Assembly (NCBI GenBank): GCA_028822845.1
Contig: JAPKCS010000001.1
Coordinates: 68,416-132,415 of the forward strand
Direction: 5' to 3'
Origin: Candidatus Poseidoniaceae archaeon
Lineage (GTDB): Archaea > Thermoplasmatota > Poseidoniia > Poseidoniales > Poseidoniaceae
DNA: 64,000 bases
In this document: positions 26,776 to 35,800 of the stretch, in pieces
Layout of the letters: every line of letters begins with the position of its first letter
Numbering within the stretch: position 1 is the stretch's first letter
Notes under the pieces: generated by a model
Databases searched by the model: none
What the model was told of the DNA's origin: nothing
The model's input: only the letters and a program-made list of their open reading frames with translations
Position numbers and translations under genes: made by a program

Positions 26776-27513
26776 ATGATGAAAACAAGACAAATCAACA
26801 AGAACAAACCATATTATGTGGCCCCCGGCCCCATAGAATCAATGCCTAACGAACCCGATGTACAAAAATCTCGCAATGAGAAGTACCTCAAAGCACTTCA
26901 AACGTTGGCTGAAAAAGATCCAGAAGGTTTCTCAAACCTTGCCCCAGAATTGATTAAAAGAAGCGTCTGGAACCTTAGAGGCCCAGATCCATATTTTTCA
27001 GAGAAACTCGAAAACTGGTTTAAAATTGCTTACAAATGGGAAGATTTCGGAGAAATTCTACCCAAAGATGCCCACATCACGAAGCGAATAGAAGTCGATG
27101 CACCGAGAAAAGAAAATTTACCAGAACTCCAATCCTTGTTTCTATCAAAACTCGAACAGAAATTTTCAGGAGACCACCAACGGTGGGACGCCCCAACTCG
27201 AGACCAATACATCATCCTCGGCATGCTCGCCATGGAGGGCCGCTCAGGCGTCCGCCAGGGGAAACTAGCTCACTTCTTGGGCAACGGCCTCGATGGAATT
27301 GGTGGTTTACCGAGTTCGAATGCTATTCGTGCAGCAAAAATCGCATTAAGCCGACACGCCAAACCGTTGCAGCTCTTCGCTCCAGCAAAAGGGAATGGAG
27401 TGGAACGCCTTCACTCGTTTGCAGACGCAAATTTAGCAGATCTTGTCGCCCGTTTCGTGCTTTCAAAAAAGGCTTCAATCCTCCTACCTCCATCGATGGT
27501 CCAAGCCCGATAA
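26776..27513 (+). CDS. Hypothetical basic protein, possible winged-helix DNA-binding C-terminal domain
   Basis: GGAGGTGA SD; Lys-rich and AT-richer than its neighbours; 'QYIILGMLAMEGRSGVRQGKLAHFLG' resembles an HTH start (inference). Confidence 0.6.
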   Translation: MMKTRQINKNKPYYVAPGPIESMPNEPDVQKSRNEKYLKALQTLAEKDPEGFSNLAPELIKRSVWNLRGPDPYFSEKLENWFKIAYKWEDFGEILPKDAHITKRIEVDAPRKENLPELQSLFLSKLEQKFSGDHQRWDAPTRDQYIILGMLAMEGRSGVRQGKLAHFLGNGLDGIGGLPSSNAIRAAKIALSRHAKPLQLFAPAKGNGVERLHSFADANLADLVARFVLSKKASILLPPSMVQAR

Positions 27514-27570
27514 CACCCCCGCACATCGCGTCGCGCTCTTCATATAGGGTTGGTTCGTTCCAAATGTTAG

Positions 27571-27829
27571 AGGGAACACTGGGTTCCCTATGACCTACCC
27601 GTGAAAAACGATGCATTCGGAGGAACACTACAAGCAAGTAAACAAGGAACTAAACCGATGGACTGCGAGTCAGTCCAGTGCGCACTATCGCTCAAGCGAC
27701 GCGCCCGGAAACCCCCTTGTTACTTCCTTGAACAGCGGCATGAATCAGTGCGCAGCATCGTTGACATCCCAGAATTGTTATCCCACTCAGTGGGCCAATG
27801 ATCTGGAGAGAGAGAACAGCGGGTTCTCT
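27571..27829 (+). ncRNA. Highly structured non-coding leader or ncRNA upstream of the GQ-repeat gene
   Basis: Stems read directly: 27571-77/27583-89, 27607-14/27755-62, 27631-47/27715-30, 27659-65/27671-77, 27678-82/27700-04, 27688-92/27695-99, 27769-73/27802-06, 27782-87/27789-94, 27811-17/27823-29. TATA-like TTCATATA at 27539-46. Confidence 0.6.
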
Positions 27830-27864
27830 GTGTAAAAACAACCAAAAAATAGGAAGTGAAAAAC

Positions 27865-29589
27865 ATGAATGATAAAAAAATAATGAGCGTGCTAATTGCA
27901 ATGTTCCTTGCTCTCTCTGCAGTTTCTGCAGTGAGCGGTGACGGATCTGACCCACTCGACCCATCTGATGGTGGCGCCGATTGGGACGGTGACGGTCTCA
28001 CCAACTCTGAGGAACAGAACCAAGGCACCAATATGAACAATGCAGACAGCGATGGCGACGGACTACCCGATGGTTGGGAAGTTGCGAACGGCCTCAACCC
28101 GACCAATGGCGGCGACGGAAATGCAGACCCTGACGGAGATGGCTTGACCAACTCCCAAGAATATGCAAAGGGTACCAACCCTAACAATTCCGACACCGAC
28201 GGTGACGGTAAGGCCGACAACGTTGACTCGTTCCCGAACGATCCGAACGACGGTGAATATTCCGACTCCGACGGTGACGGTATCCCAGACGCCTACGATC
28301 CAGACTTTACCGAGTCTGACTCCGGCGCTGGCGATGGCGACACTGAAGGCGGTGGCGAATCTGATGCCGGTACTCCTAACGGACAAGGACAAGGACAAGG
28401 ACAAGGACAAGGTCAAGGCCAAGGACAAGGCCAAGGACAAGGACAAGGTCAAGGACAAGGTCAAGGACAAGGACAAGGACAGGGCCAAGGACAAGGACAA
28501 GGACAAGGACAAGGACAAGGACAAGGCCAAGGACAAGGCCAAGGACAAGGTCAAGGACAAGGTCAAGGACAAGGTCAAGGTCAAGGACAAGGACAGGGAC
28601 AAGGACAAGGTCAAGGCCAACAACAAGGCCAGGGCCAAGGACAACAGGGTCAACAAGGTCAGCAAGGTCAGCAGGGACAGCAAGGTCAGCAAGGCCAGCA
28701 GGGTCAGCAAGGACAGCAAGGACAGCAGGGCCAACAAGGTCAGCAAGGTCAGCAAGGTCAGCAGGGTCAGCAAGGTCAGCAACAAGATAACGGCCAAGGT
28801 CAACAACAGCAAGGCGGCGAACAAGGCGGCCAGCAAGGAGACCAAACCAGCGAAAACCAGAACGGTGAAAACCAAAATGGTCAGAGCGAGCAGCAGCAAG
28901 GTCAAACCCAAAATGGTCAACAAGGCCAACAGGGTCAACAAACCGAGCAGCAGCAAGGTCAACAACTTGACAACCAAGCTGAAAACGGCGAAAACGACAA
29001 CGACGGTGACGGCATCCCTAACGATGTCGACAACGACGATGACAACGACGGTATCCCTGACAGCGTTGACGAGACCCCAATGGATCACGACAACGATGGA
29101 CTTGATGACAGCGAGGACTCCGACGACGATGGTGATGGTATAGACGATTCTGAAGAAGTTCAGGACGGCGACCCCAACTCCAACATCTACGACCACGACA
29201 ACGACGGCATCTCCGATGCTGTTGACCTCGACATCGACAACGATGGCATTGACAACCGAAACGACATGGACGAAAACGGCGCGGATCTCTCCCGTGACCA
29301 CGACAACGATGGCATGGATGACGCTGTTGACACCGATGACGACAACGACGACATTCTTGACGTCGATGAAATCAATGGTGGCACCGGTACCTACCGCTAC
29401 GACCATGACAACGACGGAATTTGGGATGCAACCGATAACGACGACGATAACGACGGACTTCTCGACTGGTTCGAGCAGAACGACGGTAACTCGCTTACCG
29501 GTCAATTCGATCACGACAACGACGGACTAGACGACAACGAAGATGCTGACGACGATGACGACGGCATTCTCGACGTACTCGAAGTCTGA
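27865..29589 (+). CDS. Secreted Asp-rich Ca-binding (TSP3-like) protein with (GQ)n/(GQQ)n domain
   Basis: Signal peptide MNDKKIMSVLIAMFLALSAVSA; DxDGDG repeats; GQ tract; five DHDNDG repeats; no C-terminal anchor. Confidence 0.9.
   Translation: MNDKKIMSVLIAMFLALSAVSAVSGDGSDPLDPSDGGADWDGDGLTNSEEQNQGTNMNNADSDGDGLPDGWEVANGLNPTNGGDGNADPDGDGLTNSQEYAKGTNPNNSDTDGDGKADNVDSFPNDPNDGEYSDSDGDGIPDAYDPDFTESDSGAGDGDTEGGGESDAGTPNGQGQGQGQGQGQGQGQGQGQGQGQGQGQGQGQGQGQGQGQGQGQGQGQGQGQGQGQGQGQGQGQGQGQGQGQGQGQGQGQQQGQGQGQQGQQGQQGQQGQQGQQGQQGQQGQQGQQGQQGQQGQQGQQGQQGQQQDNGQGQQQQGGEQGGQQGDQTSENQNGENQNGQSEQQQGQTQNGQQGQQGQQTEQQQGQQLDNQAENGENDNDGDGIPNDVDNDDDNDGIPDSVDETPMDHDNDGLDDSEDSDDDGDGIDDSEEVQDGDPNSNIYDHDNDGISDAVDLDIDNDGIDNRNDMDENGADLSRDHDNDGMDDAVDTDDDNDDILDVDEINGGTGTYRYDHDNDGIWDATDNDDDNDGLLDWFEQNDGNSLTGQFDHDNDGLDDNEDADDDDDGILDVLEV
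28381..28782 (+). repeat. Coding tandem repeat: (GGNCAR)x40 = (GQ)40, short junction, then (GGNCARCAR)x16 = (GQQ)16
   Basis: Counted directly: 28381-28620 is GQ x40 and 28639-28782 is GQQ x16; variation is confined to synonymous positions. Confidence 0.95.
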
Positions 29590-29641
29590 AGTTAGACGGA
29601 TTGAACATCGTAACCACCGATGCTGAGGTATCGGGTGAGCC

Positions 29642-29683
29642 GGAGACTCGGAGGGTTCGCCCTCCGTGTCTCCCTTTTTTTTT
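29642..29683 (+). terminator. Strong hairpin (UUCG loop) plus T-tract after the GQ gene
   Basis: GGAGAC-T-CGGAGGG TTCG CCCTCCG-T-GTCTCC followed by C and nine T. Confidence 0.85.
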
Positions 29684-29837
29684 CTTCAAACAAGTGTTGC
29701 ATGACCTGCTTTAACGCTGAATTTCAAAACCCTCTTGGCGATGATACGCAATTGAGTCTGTGATACACAAAGCATCGACCGCGCCATCCCTTTGAAATAG
29801 GGCATGACGGTGCAAAGGTGATTCCAGAGGTGCCTAT

Positions 29838-32800
29838 ATGCTTTCGAACGTACAAAACGAAACCCTGCAAACCCGCCAAAAGCTCACAATGTCATTGACG
29901 ATTGTATTCTTGATGCTCTCCAGCACCCTTCTCGCTGTGGTTCAAGATTTCAGTTCCGAAGATATGGTCGAAATCACCGGCTTCCAAGAAGGCCAGCGTG
30001 TTGGGCAAAGCATTGCCCAATCCACCACCCAAGGCGGCCAAGGCGACTGGAACGGCGATCAAGATCCGTGGCACAACTCCAACCACCCCTCCGTCACTGA
30101 TTTGATGTGGTCCGACCCTGGTGTGATGTCTGGAATCATCACCGATTTGAGTGCCATTGAAGCCCTCGCACCTGCCTACTCTCTTTACCTCGAAGAATCA
30201 AACACAAACGATCACGACAACGATGGAATCAATGATTTGGCCGATCTCGATGACGACAACGATGGAATCTATGACTTGCTTGAGCGATTTGACGGATGCT
30301 ACGGCACCAACCCATTCGATCACGACAACGACGGTATCCTCGATGCGGATGACTGGGATGACGACAACGATGGAATCCTCGAAGGTCCTCTCGACATCGC
30401 TGCCCTGGAAGCGCTCGGCCTCGATCCGATCAACGTGACCACAGACCGCCGACTTGACGAATTCATTATCCATCCGTGGACTGGAGACCCAGTTGGGGCC
30501 TTCTACCTCGCCGACCAGAACCCAATGGATCACGACAACGACGGCGTGACCGACGAAGATTCCGATGGCTCAGGCCCCGGCCGCTACGATGAAGACGATG
30601 ACAACGACGCTCGAATTGATCAATTCAAGTGGCCTTGCGATCTTGATAGCGACGGCATCCAAGATTACTTCGACAACGATGACGACGGTGACGGCGTAGA
30701 CGACGTTACCGACTCTCACCCATACGACGCCTCCATTACTTCGACTCATGTTGAAGCAGGCAACCTTTACGATGCAGCCGTGAGTTGGGATTTCAATTCC
30801 TACCGAGTGTATTCCGGCGGTGTGAACTTCCTCAACGCTGAATTGAACCGAGTGAACGCAGTTACTGCACCCTCAGTCACTTCAACTTCCCCAAATGGCA
30901 TTCCAGCCTTCACAACCATCATTGATGGTGATCTTGACGGCGACATGATTCCTAACTTTATCGATCCTGACAACGACAACGACGGTACACCCGACAGCTC
31001 GGATACAGATGATGACAACGATGGAATCCTCGACATGTCTGACCCCGATGACGACAACGACGGTATTCACGATGTTTGCATCAATATTGACGTCAACGGC
31101 GATAATAAGGGCGACTACAACGGTTTGCTTAACGGCGAATCAACAGCATTAGACGCAAGCACACTTGCATCTGGTCTGGGCTACGTAACCTCCACAGGCG
31201 TTGCCACCTCTGCTCAATCAGGCACCGGTATGACGGTCGATATCGTAGCAAACGCCGCCTCTGGTGGCGAAGTAACTTCGGTGACCATCAACGCAGCTGG
31301 ATACGGCTACTCAGTTGGAGAGCAAATTTCCGTGACCGGTGGCAACTCCGGAGCCTCCATTGACGTAGCGAGCGTTACGACCATCAATTTCGAAACACCC
31401 GGTGCGGATGGCGATGGCGATGGAAACATCGACTGTGAAATCGATTACGATCAAGACCTCGACGATGACCGCCTCAGGCCATTCGATCAAAACTACAACG
31501 CAATCTACGACTGGTTGGACGCTGACATGGGTGGCACGACCTCACCTGATAACCTCGGCGACATCACTGTAAGCGGCGATGCAAGCAACTTCGAATATGA
31601 TTTGGACGACGATCAAATCCAGAACGAAAACGATTCATTCCCACTCGATAAAACCTCCGAGGTTGCCACATGGAACTGCCCGACAATGGCTACTCCGAAC
31701 CCAACAAACCCGGATCCGCGGTGCATCACGCGACGTGCATCTTTCTCTCAGTTTAACGACTGGGATGGCGATGGCATTGCAAACTGGGACGACGTCGATG
31801 ACGACGGTGACGGGATCATTGACGTTCTTGACATCGACTGGGATTGTGACCTCGATAACGATGCAGATCTTCACGCTATCAACGGTGCACTCTACCGTGA
31901 CGATGGTCCAAACTCCATCGATTCCGACATCGACGGTGACGGTCTTGAAAACTCCATCGATTGGGACGATGACAACGATGGAATCGCAGATTTGTACGAT
32001 CCAGATGACGGTAATTGTGGAACGGTCGATTACGATCCAAGCGATGCCTTCGCTCGTCCTTTCTATCCAGTTGATGACGGCGGTACCCTTGACGGAAGTC
32101 AAGACAGCACCCCCTACATCGACAACGCTACAGACCATTGGAACCTCCTCTTCTGGCACAATCCATTCAGCGATGTCGTCCTAAACTACAACGGATACGA
32201 CGCGACCACTTCTCCGGCGACCCCGGGGACTGTTCCGGAATTCTACTGGTTCATGTTCGCACGCTGGTCCTCATACAACGGAGGAAACGACTGGGACATC
32301 GACGCCGATGGCGACTCCCTAACCAACGGTCTTGATACTGACCAGGATGCCGATGGTTTACCCGATTGGTGGGATCAAGACGAATCCAATGACGGTGTGA
32401 TGGACGTCGACGATCCGAAGATGGGTGGTTCCTTCAATTTGTCACAGTGTGGCTGGACAGCTGGAAACCTCGGTAGCGGCTTTGCCTGCGGCTACGCTTA
32501 CGCTACAGCATACCACATGCCTCTAAATGGCATCAACGCCCAATTCGGCTCTCCATATTCCACGCGCCCCGATGCTTTTGTTAATCAAGGCGCCACTCCA
32601 GGTGGGGCGACAAATAACTGGAGTTGCACCCCTGGTGCCCAAGGCGGTTGCTACCACTACGATTTCGGAGGCGACGGCACCATTGAATCAGGTATTTCTC
32701 ATGTTCAAATGACCGATAACAGGGACGCTTTCGTCACCTGGGTGGGTCTCTCGACAGGACTTTGGCAATGGACCTCCGATAACGGACCTATTGCTGACTT

Positions 32801-35800
32801 CCCTGACGAATTGGGCGCTGACTTGCTTAAGAACGACGTGGACGGCGACGTTGATGGTGATTTCACCAACATGACAGTCGATCTGGACAACGATTACGAT
32901 TCTGTCTATGATTGGTACGATGTCGACGATGATAACGACGGTATTTGGGACTATTTCGAAATAGACTCGGACGACGATTACGACAACGATGCTGGCCAAG
33001 AGAACGGCAATTTCTTCAGCGGTACGAACTGTGACGACAACGACGATGACGGAAACGATGCTGACATCGACAATGACGGTTTCTTCCAAGCAGTTTGGGA
33101 TCAAGGAATCATGTCACAAGGTCTTCGCGAACCCGCTCTCTATGACGTCGATAACGACAACGACGGCGTCCCTGACGCCGAAGATACAGACGACGACAAC
33201 AACGGTATCCTCGATGTCGATCAGGAACTCCTTCCTGGTTGTTTCTGGGGCGAAGAATCCTCACCATTCGACCATGACAACGACAACATTGTCGATTGGG
33301 CAGACGATGATTGGGACGGCGATGGCATCGCAAACGACGTCGAGTTGGCCATCAGTCTCACTCGAGCCTTTGACCACGATAACGACGGCACACGCGACGA
33401 TATCGACGAAGACGACGATGAAGACGGTATGAAAGACGAAGACGAAGTGCTTCTTTGGCCAACCCGTTTCGATCGCAACTCAACCAATCCTTGGGACCAC
33501 GACGATTTCGGCAACGGAGAAGGCATCGCCAACACCCTTGACCTCAACACAGGTCCAGACGGCATCGATCAAGACGACGACAACGATTCGCGCAACGATC
33601 TTGACTTCGATCACCTTGAGGAAACGTTCACCAGCACCCCTTGCTACAATGGCGGGGAATCCAGCGACTGGGACAGCGACAATGATTGCAACCTTGATCG
33701 GGATGACAAAGCCCCGACCTTCATCACGCTCAATCTACCAAACAACCTGTGGCTTGATGCACAAGCCCCAGCAATATTCAGCGGGCACGTCGACTGGGTC
33801 AACCCAATCACCGGCCAACTTGAAGCAGCAACAGGGCTCCCTGTCCAAGTTCACATCGAGTGGACTGGAAACAACACGACAGCGATCGAAACAATCGACG
33901 TCCTCACCACCGCTTCAGGAAACTTCAGCGTTGGGCAGTTCCTCTATCCAGAGGACCTCACAGTGGGTGACAACACAACCTACAGGGTCTATGCAGAAGT
34001 TACAGAGATGTTTGCCTTCAACGGCAATCAATCTCAGTCATACTATGTTGGCGCAGAAGCCAACTTGACTGCTGACATCTTCATGAACGGTTACTTCCGA
34101 AGCGATGAACAACCATTCTGGGTTGACATGTGGTCCTACTACACTGCCGACATTCAACGTGGAATTTTCGACAACCTCGTCCCAAGCATACCCATGACCT
34201 TCTCGGTTCGTGGTGGCATCTTTGGTAACCTCACTCACCCGACCAACTTCACAGGTCTAGGTGGCGATGGCTATCGAAGCGGACCATCTGGTTTGGTATC
34301 CGTTACCTTCGTGCAAGACATCGGTATCAACGGCGTCTGGAAGCAAATCAAATGGAATTCCACTCGAGATAACGGTGTAGGAAAGGTGCCAGGCGGTTAC
34401 GAAGAAGTCGCTTGGAACTCAAACACCAACATGCTTGAGCCGTTGCTTGACAGTACTGGAAGCATCATCGAATATGATTATACCAACACAAGTTTACCTG
34501 CTGGCGATTACGAAGTCACAGCAAGTGTTCGTCCAGAAATCGCAAGTGAATGGCCATTCCCGTACCTCCACGGCGACGATACAGAACCACAATCCATCCG
34601 TGTCATGCATCGTATGAACATCGAGGCACAAATGATCTTGGAAGGAATCAATCCAGTCTTCTACTATGATGCAACCATCAACAACGGGGACGGAAGCTTC
34701 GGTAACTGGGCAACATTGTTCCACCAAGAAGCCCTCAACGGTGCGAACCTCAATTTCAATGACGTTTCGAAGGCTAAACCATACCCAACCAACTGGGATG
34801 GTGCGCCGGCATCATTGCTTGGTGAGGCCGCAAACCTCCGCAATTTCATCAGCACAAATTCCACACACTGGTTCATCAACCTCGTCAATGGTGGCGACGG
34901 TGACTTGCCCCCTTGTGGTGCAGTTGATCCAACAGACCCACTTAGCGAAGTGCGATGTGAAATTGTTCCAGAAATGAACACAGGAGACTCCCTCCAAATC
35001 ATTGGTTCAGTGACCAACCGCACCAACGATGCTTGGGATGCAGACCCAGTCGCTCTTCAAGTCGACGTCGATGGCAATGGGCAATTCTTGGGTGCGGGTG
35101 AAACTGCATACACGCAACGTCCGATCATGAACAACGGTGTTGCAGAGTTCGACTACAACTGGTCCTGGTACAGCCAATACGGTTCTGGAACCTACGGCAT
35201 GCGTGTCGATTTCACCAATTCTGCATACTACTTTACTGGAAACAGTTCAACCCTTGCAGCAACTGGTGCGTACATCAACGTCACTGTCGTAGGGACAACT
35301 GACTTCCAAACAACCTCGTTGCCTCGCTTGTATCGAAACAGCAGCACAACGATTCAGGCAAAGTTGGTTGACAACTCCTTGCAACCCGTACGCAATGTCC
35401 CTGTGAATTACACGTGGTCTGCGGATGGGCGAAGCGGTGTCAATTACACCGATGAAAATGGTTTCTTCGAAATACCGTTTAACATCTCAGCTCAAGATTC
35501 GCTCGGCAACTTTAGCTTGCAGTTTGAGTTTGCTGGAACGCCGTTGCTCAAAGGCAACACCATGGTCCAGGAAGTCTGGGTTGTTTCGAGAACCTATCTT
35601 TCTGTCATTACGGCAGATCCGAACATAAGACAATCAGGTGACCGATGGGATTTCACAGCTCAAGTTGTGGACGACAATAAGACCTCCATACGCGATGCAG
35701 GCGGGTCAGCTCTTGACGGAGCCAACTCCGGTCTGGTTGACGTGATCTTCGAAGGCACTGATTTCAGTGGCGTCTTCTACCGACAAGTGGTTGCCACCCT

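Noticed and set aside
24663-27513. tRNA-anchored genomic island
   Set aside because: No integrase and no duplicated tRNA 3' end seen at any of the three tRNAs; the variable-looking genes lie on the 5' side of tRNA-Cys.
27547-27829. RNase P RNA or SRP RNA as the identity of the structured region
   Set aside because: GGAGGAA is present, but I could not find the P4 pairing with a CR-V ...GCUUA, nor the SRP helix-8 GGAA/AGCA motif. An Rfam scan is still needed.
28381-28782. Possible CRISPR array or telomere-like repeat
   Set aside because: Contiguous 6- and 9-nt units without spacers, lying in frame inside a CDS.
28163-29143. 326-aa alternative-frame ORF encoding (DK/VK/AK)n
   Set aside because: Repeat variation is synonymous only in the GQ frame; no SD or slippery site is evident, so it is treated as a by-product.
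28063-29514. 483-aa antisense ORF with (LS/LT)n and Val-rich repeats
   Set aside because: Shadow of the GQ/Asp-rich gene; antisense of GAC/CAA/GGN codons rarely creates stops.
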